A stretch of DNA of 64,000 nt from the human T2T-CHM13v2.0 reference genome, Homo sapiens. A program made the position numbers and the translations under genes. Below, piece after piece: positions 1 to 13,623 of the stretch; positions within the stretch are counted from its first letter, which is position 1; every line of letters begins with the position of its first letter. Below the pieces are notes generated by a model. It did no database searches and had not been told where the DNA came from. It saw only the letters and a list, made by a program, of their open reading frames with translations. The DNA lies in the NCBI RefSeq assembly GCF_009914755.1, contig NC_060947.1; one strand, 5' to 3'.

Positions 1-43
1 CCGGAGCCCCTCATCTAAACGCTCCAGCTCTTGGCGGAAATAT
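1..43 (-). CDS. HUWE1: HUWE1 exon, partial (K)YFRQELERLDEGLR, just before the HECT domain
   Basis: acceptor cccaag|ATAT; phase matches preceding exon. Confidence 0.9.
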
Positions 44-683
44 CTTGGGAGGTAGAAAAGGAAGGAAGATAGGATTAAGGGTGGCAGAACAAATTTGTTT
101 GTGTGATTAGGAAGAAGACCCACAATGATGCTCCTTCTATCCTCCAAACACTTTGATCTCTGCTCCACACCTGTTTGGGAAATGCCCAGTAGTTGGGAGA
201 GGTAGATCACTCATTACCAACTCTAAATTTTTCTTACCTCCACTGAGTAAGGGCCCACAAAGATTGTGACATGTGATTTCTGCCACAAGCAGGTAAGCAT
301 GTATACATGCACGAGGAGAAGGAGAGGCATAGGGATGACTCCAGGAGTGTTGTGGAAGCCCCTGGAACCCTGCTGTGTGTGTTCTATGGCCACCTGTGCC
401 TCCTGTACTACCCCCAACGGATGGAACAGAACTTTAGAAACTGTGTGGTTCAAAAATCATGTGACTCTGTTTTGCTGATGAAAAATACAGATGGGGTGGA
501 GAAGCCCAGGAGTATTTAGGTATGATGGCCATCAATGCTACAGCTGTCTCTTCCCTCCTCACCACCACCATTCCAAGTGCTGTCACCAAAGGAAATTTGT
601 GGCCTCAAGAGTAACTTCAGAGGCGAGTTACCATTTGGGGAGTTCTCACCACCCCTCTACCCCCCAATATCCAGGACACATAC

Positions 684-801
684 TTGCGCTTGACATCAAA
701 GTCGAGGACACGAATGTAGTCTACCAGGACAGCAAAAGGCCCATCAGCAAGGTGGGTCGTGGACTGCCGTAGGATCTGGTTTAACACAGTGCGGTGAGTC
801 T
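684..801 (-). CDS. HUWE1: HUWE1 exon (E)[39 protein letters not shown]
   Basis: ctcag|AG ... AA|gtatgt; open frame. Confidence 0.93.
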
Positions 802-1044
802 CTGAGGGGAGAAGTGACAGCAGGAATTAAGCACATCATCTGCCCCAGAAGCTGTAAGACAGCCAACCAGCTAGCAACTCTCTCTTCCTTCCTCTTCCTT
901 ATTTCAGGGCTCTAAAAGGACTAGTCAAAACCAAGGGCCAGCCCTTGAGGTGTGAACGTGAATCTGAGCATTTCTATTCTAAACCTGAGTATCCTGAGGC
1001 CAAGGGAAACCATGCAGGGTTTACGTGCACGGGTGTGTGTATGT

Positions 1045-1105
<61 letters not shown>
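1045..1105. repeat. (CA)n(CT)n compound microsatellite
   Basis: direct reading. Confidence 0.95.
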
Positions 1106-1110
<5 letters not shown>

Positions 1111-1187
1111 ACTAAGGATTAACTGTATGAAACAATCCTGTTTAAAATGAAGCCTTCTACACCTGGCAGCCTAAAAGTTCCCTGTAC

Positions 1188-1433
1188 CTGCAAAGCGAAG
1201 GAACTTCTGTGTGTCAGGGGGCAGGCTTGAGGAGATGTGCATAGATGAGGGCTCCCGGGAGAAGAATGGGTCAAGGGAGGAAGGCGTGGCTGGGGTTAAG
1301 GGGGCAGGGGAGAGTGGAGGAGGCTCGTCCTTGATGTGTGCCAGCTGGCTCTCACGGGTGTCTCGGACAGGAGGCTTGCTCTCCCGCTCTGTGGCATGGA
1401 CCAGAAAGAAGGCCTCGACAGCAGGCTGTAGCA
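1188..1433 (-). CDS. HUWE1: HUWE1 exon [14 protein letters not shown]...QKFLRFA
   Basis: ORF 1171..1434; cctag| and G|gtacag. Confidence 0.93.
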
Positions 1434-1551
1434 CTAGGGTTAGGAATGATGGAGAAGTAACATTTTACTCTGCAAACTTCAACATGCAAACCTCTTTGCC
1501 ATCATAAACAAATTATAAAAATAAATAAGGAAGAAGAAATAGTGAAAACTA

Positions 1552-1667
1552 GGCTAGGTGTGGTGGCTCACACCTATGATCCCAGCACTTTGGGAGGCCG
1601 AGGTGGGAAAATTGCTTGAGCCCAGCAGTTTGAGATCAGTCTGGGCAACATAGTGAGACCTCATTTC

Positions 1668-1698
<31 letters not shown>
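1552..1698 (+). mobile_element. Alu monomer (FLAM-like) with poly(A)
   Basis: left-arm Alu sequence followed directly by an A tail. Confidence 0.85.
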
Positions 1699-2010
1699 GA
1701 AACAATGAGAACTTGCAGGGAAATATGGTAGAATCAAGTCACAGAGGAACTTCCTTGAAGCCAAAGAAAAATGGGATAGCTAACCAGTTATAAAGATTCC
1801 CCTTGTCTATAAAGTGAAAGACACCAACTATTAAAAGAGAAGGTCAATCTTTTTTATACTGAAGTCAGAGAAAAAACACTTCTCTTTTGAATTCTCATTA
1901 CAGAGACACTGAGGGAGAGGAGTAACCTGGAAGGAAGAAAAACAAGCTGGCAGGAAGGGCCCCAGAGCAGACCACTGGGTTGGGACCTGGGCCTTTAGGA
2001 CACAACTCAC

Positions 2011-2166
2011 CTAGCACCGCATGCTGGTCATGGGATTCCTCTAGTTCCTTTAGACACTCCCCAAGCATGTCCCACAGCTCGTCCAAACTCAGCTGCTCGC
2101 TGAGCAGGGGTAACTCAGGTGGTCTTTCTTCCTTTTCCTTCTCCCCCTGTGGGGTTCCATCGGAGG
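2011..2166 (-). CDS. HUWE1: HUWE1 exon [14 protein letters not shown]...HDQHAVL
   Basis: ORF 1898..2179; tccag| and G|gtgagt. Confidence 0.93.
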
Positions 2167-2631
2167 CTGGAGGGCACACAGAAGAGAGTCAGAAAGTCTT
2201 CAAAATTTCCCTTCTGCTTAGATCTTTCTAGACCACACGCACCAACTAATATACAGAACAAGTAGAGGGGACCACTGGCCACTGAGTGGTACTCACCGAG
2301 CAACATCTGAAACAAGGTCTAGGACCTGCATTGGATGGCATTTACATTAAACAGAATAAATAAAATAATGAATCTGGTTCCTCAGTTGCGCTAGCCACAT
2401 TTAAGGTGCTCAAAAGCCACAGGTGCTACTGCAGATCCAGATAGTGCTAGTCTAGTCACTGCCTCACTAGTTTCAAGAGAATCTGTGGATTATTTCAGGG
2501 TAATGTAACAACAGTGGAGCTTTGGATGGTTGCCTTCCAGTTTACACAGGATGTTTTAGGACACTTTTGTCATTGAATTCTGACAGCTGGCCTTGGAAAG
2601 TAGGCTGTCTTTTCCTCATTTTGGTTTCTGA

Positions 2632-2980
<349 letters not shown>

Positions 2981-3574
2981 TTCTAATGCCTTCTAAATTA
3001 GTCATCTTGTCCTGGGGCAGTTTAAAACCCTGAGAAGCCATGGTATGACAGATGGAATCCCATGGCTGGTACTTTTCCTGATACTCACTGGGGGCTTATT
3101 CTAACCTCTGCTCAGTAGCTAAGCAGCAAGACACAACCCCATCTTCTGGGTGGGGAGTAAGTGACTGTTTTCTCATCAACCCCTGATCCCCATACACCTG
3201 GCCCTGCTTAGGTTTCTTCCTGACCTTTGCTGTTCATCCTTTACCCAAATCCTGACTATTCTTCAAGGTTCTGACAGCCTTAGGTTTGAATCCTGGCTCC
3301 GGTACTTGCAAATCATATGACCTTAGGTAAAAGAAGGTGAATACAGAACACGAAAATAATATCTATCTCCCCAAATCCTGATGAAAGGTAGGATAACAAT
3401 GGTTGTCCTACAAGAATACTATTCCATGGGAATGTGTTATGAGGGTGCCAAAATGTATTCTATGTATGACTGACTTTGAGAAATGCTGCTAACAATAGCA
3501 TTCATCGTGTGCTTCTCTAACCACTATACATGTTTTAACTCATTTAATCCTAACAACTGAACATTCCTATTTTA

Positions 3575-4655
<1,081 letters not shown>

Positions 4656-4796
4656 TCATCATTTACAGAAACCAGGGTTTACTGGAACAAATGGGAAAAC
4701 ACTGGGCTTATATATGCTGGGAGCAGGGGATTCAGCAGACATTCCAGAAGACTGGCTATCCCTTTTGCTCGGCTGGAAACAGGAAGTAGTACTGAC

Positions 4797-4893
4797 CAAT
4801 GGATTGAGTATCTTGAGCACTGGGAGATGGCTGGTCCACATCCATGGGTGATTCCTCCCTCCGGACAGACGCCTCTGACTGGCTAGACTCCGA
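4797..4893 (-). CDS. HUWE1: HUWE1 exon [32 protein letters not shown]
   Basis: tccag|TCG ... TTG|gtcagt; phases 0 and 1 fit neighbours. Confidence 0.92.
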
Positions 4894-5197
4894 CTGGATA
4901 AAAGGGAGACAAAAATCACATAAGGGTGCAACTCTGCTTTCCTTAGAGACAGGCTAGAGGTTGGCCCTTCCACTTCTCATACATTGAGCTTGCAAAGAAG
5001 CTTCCCATATTTGGGTGGGGAAAACTGTAGCTATCCAGGACAAAAGGATGCCTTTCCCAACTCTTCTGCTTTTCTCCACTGTGTTTTGTAAGCTTTTCCC
5101 AACAGCTCCTTGGATGCTTACATTTCCTACAGTCTACAATCCAGACCTGTGACCAGTCAGAACTAGCCTCCTGTATATAGACTTCAAGTCTTCTTCT

Positions 5198-5198
5198 G

Positions 5199-5250
<52 letters not shown>
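5198..5250. repeat. (TG)n microsatellite
   Basis: direct reading. Confidence 0.95.
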
Positions 5251-5253
<3 letters not shown>

Positions 5254-6198
5254 AAAAATTCAGATGGGTGGAAGGTAGGTCTGCTCTTTGTTTCTGTTTG
5301 CTCACAAAAGGGGAAATAATAGGAGAATTAGAGCAACCTCTCATGAGCGGGATTATTTAAAAAGCCGACATCTTTTCGTGTAATGGGAAAGAGACTCGGC
5401 AGAAAAAATACTCCAGAATAACAGCTTTATTTTCCCTTTCTACCTTCCTGGAGTCACTGCCCCTAAGTTCAAGGCTTTTCCCTGCCTACTCAATAAAACC
5501 ATACTGTATAATAGTAATTATACGCAAAGAAATATCGGGTCTTAGGATACCTTTCTTGGATCTTGGAAAGGTAACTTACATGTTGCAAGGACAGGAAAAC
5601 AATGAGGGAGTGCCACAGCATACACATGTGATGCCAGGCTTTTACTGCAGCCACTCAATGCCGGGACCCCAACACTGAGCTGGCTACTTAAGTACCTGAA
5701 GGTTTCCTCCTAAAAGTGCCTGAGTGCCTAGGTGCCAAGGGATTATGGAGAATAAAGGCAGAGGGCAGGGTGGAGGGAGCAGCCACAGACAGAAGTGGCT
5801 GTGTGGGATATGTACCAAGCTTGGGGGACTTTCAATGGTAGGATTCCTGAGATGTTTCTGATGTACCTGCATTGTTCCATGGGACTGAAAAAAAACTTCA
5901 CCCCATAACCCCTCAGAACCCAGACAACACTTAGCATCAGGCAGTTTGCAAAAGCGCCACTGTTGACTGGATAGCTGGGAGTGGGGTATGATGGCCAAGC
6001 TTTAAATCAAATCAAACCAACAAACCAATCAACAAATAGGAAAACACCAACAGAAAGTAACCCTTTTGTCCAGAAGCATTCATATAGCAAACTTAATGCA
6101 AAAGCATACAAGGTAAAGGCAATGAAACCCCACTGATGACATGGTGGGGGGATGAGTGGAGAGACAAATGAATGAGGGGCCACAGGCATCATGCTAAC

Positions 6199-6326
6199 CG
6201 TTGCTGCTTGTTGCTGTCTCCGCGCCCTTTGACCCTCACGTACCATTTGTATAATGGCATCAGCCTCAGCCTCCAGCTGCCGAACAGCTGCCTGGATGCT
6301 GCTAGCTGAGCCTAAACCGGAGGAAC
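6199..6326 (-). CDS. HUWE1: HUWE1 exon [43 protein letters not shown]
   Basis: ORF 6007..6414; cccag| and ACG|gttagc. Confidence 0.9.
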
Positions 6327-6917
6327 CTGGGAGAAAGAGAAAGAGGAAGGCAAGATATAAAATATAGGAAGAGGGAAAGCCCAATATTCTCTCTCCTATC
6401 TCCTGGGCTGCCACAGGGCATCTTGCTGAGGTCTTTTGAGCTTTAGCTCAGGAAGCTTCAGAGTGCTCATCATCAGGCGCTAAGATTTACCATTACAGAT
6501 AAGGGCAGGGGGCATGATGCTAGACAGACGGATGGTTTTGTGCGAGAGGGTTCTGTGGGACAGGAGGAAAGAGGTAGGGAAAATGATTTGTCAAGCCACG
6601 GCTTAGTTAGAAATGACCAAGGAAGCAGAAAGGAGATGCACCTAGTGAGTTAAGTCTTGTTCAGCAAAAGGCTGGCCCCCAACTTCCCTGCCAGATTTCC
6701 ACTCCCCCTTAATTCCCACTCCCCCTAATGAATTTCCTACGCAGATAGCTTGAATGAGATGTAGAATGCAGCCATCAACATTCTGAAAAAAGGATAATCA
6801 TTTTCCTTTTGGAAAGGTCAAACAGGAAGGAGACAGGCCGTTAAGTCCTGCACCTCCAAGGAATCTGGCTTTACCGCCACCAACCCTTCCCCTCAACTGG
6901 ACACTCTAGTTCCATAC

Positions 6918-7120
6918 CTAGCCTGCCTGTCTGCTTGGCTTTCTTGTTAGCCCGGCGCGTGTCGTCCCGGAGCTGGATGATGACCTGTAGTACCCTCAAG
7001 AAGAACTTCTGGGTAGATGTCTTGGATGTCAACATGGACATAGAAGGCAGCTGGAGCTCCCGGCCACCCAAAGGTCGCTTCTGAGATGCCACAATTACCA
7101 CATTCTCAGCCATGTCAAAC
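6918..7120 (-). CDS. HUWE1: HUWE1 exon RFDMAENVV...KAKQTGRL
   Basis: ORF 6871..7113; GT-AG flanks. Confidence 0.93.
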
Positions 7121-7386
7121 CTGGATAGTGTAGAGGTGGCTTGCGTATATTGACAGCATCAAAGTATAAACACCCAAAGCAAGCAAGGCTTCCTGGTGTC
7201 AACCAGAGGGGTAAGGAAACTCAGAAGGAAATCTTCCAAGTAGGAAGTAGAAAAAAATGGGTCAAGTGTGTATAGGAAAGATACGAAAATCACCCAGAGA
7301 AATAAAAAAGACCAGGAAACCAGCAAGAGCCATCTTCCAGAATATCCCAGATTCAAGCCCCCAGCCAAAGGGTGGCTACCACCCAC

Positions 7387-7519
7387 CTGCTCTGCATTTT
7401 GCCCTTCAGCTTGGTGGTCTGTGGCTGCTCCTCAGGCAGGCCATCAGGAGAGAGGGTTTCACATTGGGCTCGCCGCTGCTGCTCGAGGTTGTATTCCCGC
7501 AGCTCGGCCAGCAGGGTAC
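7387..7519 (-). CDS. HUWE1: HUWE1 exon [19 protein letters not shown]...GKMQS
   Basis: ctcag|GT ... AG|gtgggt; open frame. Confidence 0.92.
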
Positions 7520-8793
7520 CTGAGCAGGCAGAGGAGTCAGCAAGTGTTCAGAGACTCCCCTGGTAAAGTGGCTAAAAGCCAAATCTCTCTAAGACACCTG
7601 CTTAGGCCACTCTTCATTGCTCAGCTGCAGAGAACCTAGAGTGAGCTGGAATCGTGCTCTGTTCAGCTTATTATGCGTGTCCACGAACCGTCACCTGGGA
7701 CTACCAATTTACCTATGGCCACAGGGATCTGCTGAATCTGCATGAAATGAGTTTCATGTAGAAGAGAAACAGTATCTCCTCTGGAGCTAAACAGACCATG
7801 GTTGAAATCCCATATATCTCTCAAAATTACTGAGGTTCTGTGGTGGTTTCAGGCAAATTTCTTGACCCCTTACCCAATTTGCTAACCAATATTAATACTG
7901 GGATGGGAATATTACTGCCTAACCTCATAACGTTGCTGTGACAATTAAGAGATAATTATATGGTAGAGTGCCTAGACAGTGCCTGGCCCATAGGTGTGGA
8001 ATAGATGGTGGCAGCCAAGAGAGAAAGGTCAGAGGCCAAATTCTTTCTGGAAGAACGTTGTAATTTTCATGCAGCAAAGAACACCCTGAGTTATACAGGC
8101 CAACCAACTCTCCTATCACCCCAGACTTAGGGACATGGGGGTGAAGGAGAGAGAGAACTAAGTATGTAGCCAAGATCTAGGGAGACTCATGATTGGGATG
8201 AGGGTGGGACAGGGTAGACAGACTCTATGTTGAAAGAAAACCTGGCTGTACTCCTTGGTCCAATCACTTTATCACCCTGGGTTTTGGCTTTCTTCTCAGT
8301 AAAACAGGGAGGAAGATGATAGAAACGAGGTAATTTGTAACTGTTCTTAGAATTTTTATACCCTCAAAATTACACAAAAGCAGAGAGTACTATTCTGACT
8401 CTGTAATTCCTGAGGCTGAATGCAGTGTAGGGACATACTTTGAAGGGGTGAAGCTGCCTCAGCTGTCTTATGGGGCTCTTACGAGTGCCCAGCATGGAGA
8501 AGAAAGGAGGCGCTGCTGTTCCCATGTGTTCTCTTTTCTCTTCATTAAGCACCACTGTGTGCCGGGCAGCGGGGATGAGGAGACAAACCCAGCCTTGCTT
8601 TCAAACAACTGAGCAGAGGAAAACAGATGATAACCCAGGGTAATCTGTGTTACGACAGAGGGAGCATGGAGGCTGTGTTATAGGGATATGGAGGTATCTG
8701 ATTCAGCTTGGGGATTCAGGAAAGGATTCCAGAAAGAGGAAGCACCTAAGTGGAAACCTTCAGAAAGAGAAAATGCTTTACTTCTGCTATTAC

Positions 8794-8950
8794 CTATTTG
8801 TTTACAAAGGGTATAACCCAGATGGCGGGCTCCATTCAGTAGCAGCTTGAGAACAGTGTCCCGGGTCCCAGAGTCCCCCCGGGAGAGCTGCAGTAGTACG
8901 TTGGCTGCATCCTCTAAGCCTTCCTCAGAACAAGAGTGGGATGTCAACAC
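8794..8950 (-). CDS. HUWE1: HUWE1 exon [14 protein letters not shown]...YTLCKQI
   Basis: ORF 8678..9001; GT-AG flanks. Confidence 0.93.
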
Positions 8951-9061
8951 CTGAGAAAAAGAAGACAGAAGGAGTAAGCCCCAGCCTGAGAACAAAATCA
9001 TTATCTACCCTGTTTATCCTTTCTCCCCAAGTCTTAGCAGATCAGAAGAGCTTGGACTCAC

Positions 9062-9183
9062 CTCTACAGAGAGCTGTAGCTGGTTTTCAGTGAGGCCAGA
9101 GGACACCATCTTAAAGTCTGTACTGCTGCTGCCCCCATCACTCACCTTCGCTGGAGATTTGCTGCCCTTAGTAGTGGGAGAAA
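9062..9183 (-). CDS. HUWE1: HUWE1 exon [16 protein letters not shown]...QLQLSVE
   Basis: caaag|TT ... GAG|gtgagt. Confidence 0.9.
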
Positions 9184-10030
9184 CTTTGAGGAAACAGACA
9201 GAACACTGTAAGCCTCTCTGAAACTCACAAGCCAGGGACTAAGTGACAAAATCAAGGAATCGCTGAATTGCCCAGGGCTTCAAAATGGGAAAGTACTGAA
9301 AAAGAAAACCCACCCACCAAAGGCAAATCTAAATGACTTGGGATGATAAAGGCTTTTTATTTTTTATTACAGACACGGTCTCGCTCTGTTGCCCAAGCTA
9401 GAATGCAGTGGCACAATCACGTCTCACCATAAACTCAAAGAGGACTCTTATGACTGTAACTTCTAAGCTGAAAAAGAAACCCCAGGCATTTCTTCCAACT
9501 ATTCCCCCACCATCATGGCCCACTCTATTCTTTAAAACCTACTTCTTCAGATAATTCTTTCTTACTAATCTGTGGCAGGGCTCATTACCTTTATTTCCTG
9601 GGATGATCTGGTTACTCTGAATCACACTGTATCCTGCCCGCCCTTGAACTATTTCCCATGAGAACTGGCTCCCTCAACACAACTGGAAAGGCTGGGAATT
9701 CCCTGAGGATGGAACTTAACTTTCTTTCCTCCTTCTGGTGCCTAGCCTAGGGAAGCTACATTCAGTGAATGCCTGCTGACCTTCAAAAGAGTGTGTGTGT
9801 GAGAGGCAGGGGAGAGAGAGAAAGAGAGAGACACAGAGAGACGGGGATGGAGGAAGGGAGACAGAGTGAGAGAACTGGGACAGATGAGGGTGAGAATGAA
9901 CACATTCTGTTCTCACAAACACAAACCAAGCTGATTGCTATCACTGAGGGAGAACTATCTGGATGGAAAAGGGGGTGAAGTGGGTGCCACAGTATATACC
10001 CCACAGCTCCCAGTCTACATCCACACTTAC

Positions 10031-10631
10031 TTGAAACAGTAGTGGTAGCAGTCGTGGGGGTAGTCACTGTGGTCGAAGCAGCTACGACAATGGTGGAAAT
10101 AGCCGTGGCAGCAACCAGGGCTGGAGCAGAAGTGACAGGGGTGGGTGCAGTAGGGGGTGTGGGCGTGGTGGAGGCGGCAGTGGTGGTGGTGGTAGATGTG
10201 GTTGAGGTGGCAGTGGTGGTGGAGGAAGCACCGCTGCCAGAATTAGCCTGTGCTTCTGACACCTTGTTTTCTGGGAGAGCAATTGAGATGAGAGAAAGGA
10301 GTCTGAGGAGTTTCTCAGTTAAGAGAGAGCTCCGGCGGATGACTGGGTGTGACAACATGTTCATGAGCTGCCCCAGTGGAGAGGCCTCGAGGCTGTATGG
10401 AGAGGTTTCCCCCTCACCGCCAGCGCTCACTGGCACTGACTTCACGGAGTTCTTGCCTTTCCGGCTGACATTCATGTTGTCCAGTTTTACCAATAAGTCC
10501 CAGAAGTCTGTGCAAATGCCACTGCTGGAGGACTGTGAGGAGCATGGGCTACAGGCCTTATTGCCCCTTTCCCGATCACTCTCACAGTTTGTTTCTTTGG
10601 TCCGCTGCTGTGTGAAGTGGCTGGGAAATAC
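10031..10631 (-). CDS. HUWE1: HUWE1 exon VFPSHFTQQ...Thr/Ala-rich tract...TTTVS
   Basis: ORF 9783..10733; ggcag| and A|gtaagt. Confidence 0.94.
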
Positions 10632-11316
10632 CTGCCGGGAAAAGGAGGACAAGGCTTGGTCTAGGACGTCTTCACAGAGGATGAGCCTTCCTGATAGGGA
10701 AAAGACAACTGGTTCCCAGACTCCTTCAGACAATTTTGGTAAATATTGGGGGATATGTCATATAAGAGTTTTATCCAACAGACAGTAAAGCAGCCTAGAG
10801 AAATGAATGAGGGCTTTGTAGCAATACAGACTCACGAGCAAACTTTTCCTGAGCTTTAGTCTCGCACTTATAAAATGGAGATAACTACACTTCCTTGCAA
10901 AGTTGTTGGAGATTAAACGACATGATGTATTTTGCACAGTGCCTGGCACAAGGCAGGCCTTTGATAGATGGCAGCAATGCTTATTATTGAAAGAACACTA
11001 AATTCTAGGTCCAGCTCCATCACTTTCTAATCATAAGACAAAATGAATAAAATGTTCTGAATCTCAGGTTCTTCATCTGTAAAACAGGAATCATACAGCC
11101 CAGTTGTTTTGATGACTAAATAAGACATACATAAAAATGGAAAAGAATGAAGAAAAAACCCCAGAAATATATAGGACAATCCCCTAGAAACAATACAGGG
11201 CTCAACACTTAAAATAAGAGCAAAAAGACACGCTAGCCTGCTTAGTGTTCAACTTTCACCCAGGCTCTTGCTGCCACCCTTCTTCCATCCCCAGGAGTTG
11301 GGTTTGAAACCCTCAC

Positions 11317-11863
11317 CTTGGCCAATTGAATGAGTGTATCCAAAACGTGTCTGCAGACAACAGGAGCAGCTTGGGGATGGATGTGGACGGTGGAGCCACC
11401 GCTTGCATGCTTCTCGGTATGTTTACGCCCCCCTGAACGCTGGATCTGAAATATATTAGTCCTGCAGCCTAGGGCTGCATCCATGGATACTGAGAGCCAG
11501 GAAAGCTGGTTGGAGCTCTTTGACTCCATCTTGTGTAGCAGGTCCAGGGGACGGTTCTCATGGCTACTTGACCCACAGCTCTTGCTCGACTTTTTGCCCT
11601 TTTCCTCACTTGTAGTGAGTTTGGGTGTTTCAATGCATAGCTCACTCTCACTGCTGCGCTGCAAGATGGAGAGCAGACTGCGGATGACCCAGTGGCGGGT
11701 CTGGGCATGGTAGCAGAGATTTCTCAGTACTCGGTGTAGACGGCTAGTATTGAGCTTTGGCTCATCCACAAAAAGTAGGACCAAGAGACAAGAAAGGGCT
11801 TCGTGGTCCAGAAGGAGCCGTCCTCGGAGGCGGAGGAGAGTATCTACATTACTGCCAGAAGGC
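11317..11863 (-). CDS. HUWE1: HUWE1 exon [22 protein letters not shown]...DTLIQLAK
   Basis: ORF 11242..11784; GT-AG flanks. Confidence 0.94.
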
Positions 11864-12119
11864 CTGGAAACAGAACATGGTTTTTGGGTAACACTTCAGT
11901 GGCTAGAGCTCTGGGATTAGGCATAAGAATGGGGGAGGGGAATGAGCTAGGTATCTCCAAGGAGGCTTGAGAAAGGTGGGTGTCCAGTCCAAGGGCTCTT
12001 CATAGTAACAGCTGCCCTCTTAGGTGTCTACTATGTACCAGGCACTTTACAATGACTGTACATCATCCTTTCAGGGCTGCTGTACAGCTTAGAGAATGAA
12101 GCCCCCCACCCCCACCAGC

Positions 12120-12409
12120 TTTTTGTTGAGATGGAGTCTCGCTCTGTCACCCAGGCTGGAGTGCAGTGGCGTGATACCGGCTCACTGCAACCTCCACCCC
12201 CTAGGATTCAAGTGATTCTCGTGCCTCAGCCTCCCGAGTAGCTGGGATTACTAGTGCGCGCCACCACACCCGACTACTTTTTGTATTTTTAGTAGAGATT
12301 GGGTTTGCCATGTTGCCTAGGCTGGTCTTGAACTCCTGGACTCAAGTGATCCACCTGCCTCAGCCTCCCAAAGTGCTGGGATTATAGGTGTGAGCCACGA
12401 CAACTGGCC
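12120..12409 (-). mobile_element. Alu element
   Basis: Alu consensus in reverse orientation. Confidence 0.9.
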
Positions 12410-13023
12410 GAGAACCACCCATTTTTGAGATGATAAACAAGAGGCTCAAACAGGTTAAGTGACTTGCCCTACATCACACGGCGACTGAGAAGACAGCAGA
12501 GATTCCAGCCCAGGTATCATCCATCGACTGGTAAAATCTGACCATACCTAAGTCTAGGAGACAATGCTAGTTTCTGCCTTCTCTAGACTACCAGGAGTTT
12601 GTGGCCTTGTAGGAACCAATCACTCCTTTCACATTTTGGCATGTCAGGCCCACTCTGTTTTAGCCTGGCTAACTCACTCCTCTATACTTCCTTAGCCTAG
12701 GTGTTACAAACTCAAGGCAGGTGGTTAGTTGTTTTACTACTTGCATGGGAGACAAGTGGTGTTCCTTCTTGTTAAAACCATAGTTAGCACCTGCTGCCGG
12801 CCTGCTTTTGCGATTGTGGTCTTTGGTAGCAAGACTAACCAAAAGGTGTAGTTTTCTGAATGGGGAGTCCAAAGATCTGGCTCTCTCACTTATTCAAGGA
12901 AATGGCTTAGAGAGACCATCCATCCTGCCTGTCAGGATTTCAGCTTCTCCACCTATAAAACTAAGGGAGCTGGGCTAATAGACTTGAGTGGTGATATGGT
13001 AAGGTAAAAATAGACAAAGGTAC

Positions 13024-13126
13024 CTGTTATGGCTGCTGCTACCCCCCATCTGGAAGGTGCCACCTCTCTGCACAGCAAGGCGAGTATACTGGACCCCACG
13101 GTTGCCACTTAAGCGACTGGTGAAAG
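13024..13126 (-). CDS. HUWE1: HUWE1 exon [34 protein letters not shown]
   Basis: ORF 12975..13205; GT-AG flanks. Confidence 0.92.
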
Positions 13127-13258
13127 CTGGAAGGAAAGAAAAAGAAAACTGAGATTGTGGAGAGGGTGTAAACTGGATATAGGTAATACAAAGGTAAGAA
13201 AACATAGCCTCATCTGGCTAAAGCTTTCCAGAGCCCTCCCACTTGCCTCCCTCTGTAC

Positions 13259-13547
13259 CCGGGCTTCGGAGAATAGCAGAGAGTGCGGAGGTGCTACTGT
13301 GCCCAAACAGACGCTCATGCATGAGCTGTCGCTGCCGGGCTTCTTGCTCTCGTCTCAGGGCTTGAGCCTCAGCTGCAATGTCAGGTGGCATCACAGCTAA
13401 CACACTGTCCTCCATATCCTCTAGGACACTACGGCGCAGGTCTGAGGGCAGAGTCTGGATGAAGGTCACAGGGTCCATAGGGGTGTCTGAGCTGGCATTC
13501 TGTGCTAGTTCTCGTCGCTGCTGCTCAGCTCTCTGCTGTGCCAGTAC
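13259..13547 (-). CDS. HUWE1: HUWE1 exon [10 protein letters not shown]...[19 protein letters not shown]...ILRSP (UBM region)
   Basis: ORF 13218..13478; catag| and G|gtacag. Confidence 0.93.
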
Positions 13548-13623
13548 CTATGGAGCAGAAAAAGTCAATGAGGGCATTTCTCCTGCCAGGCAGCCTGGCC
13601 CCACCACCTTCCCGCTCACATAC

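Noticed and set aside
10042-10788. 248-aa plus-strand ORF
   Set aside because: Antisense shadow of the Thr-rich HUWE1 exon
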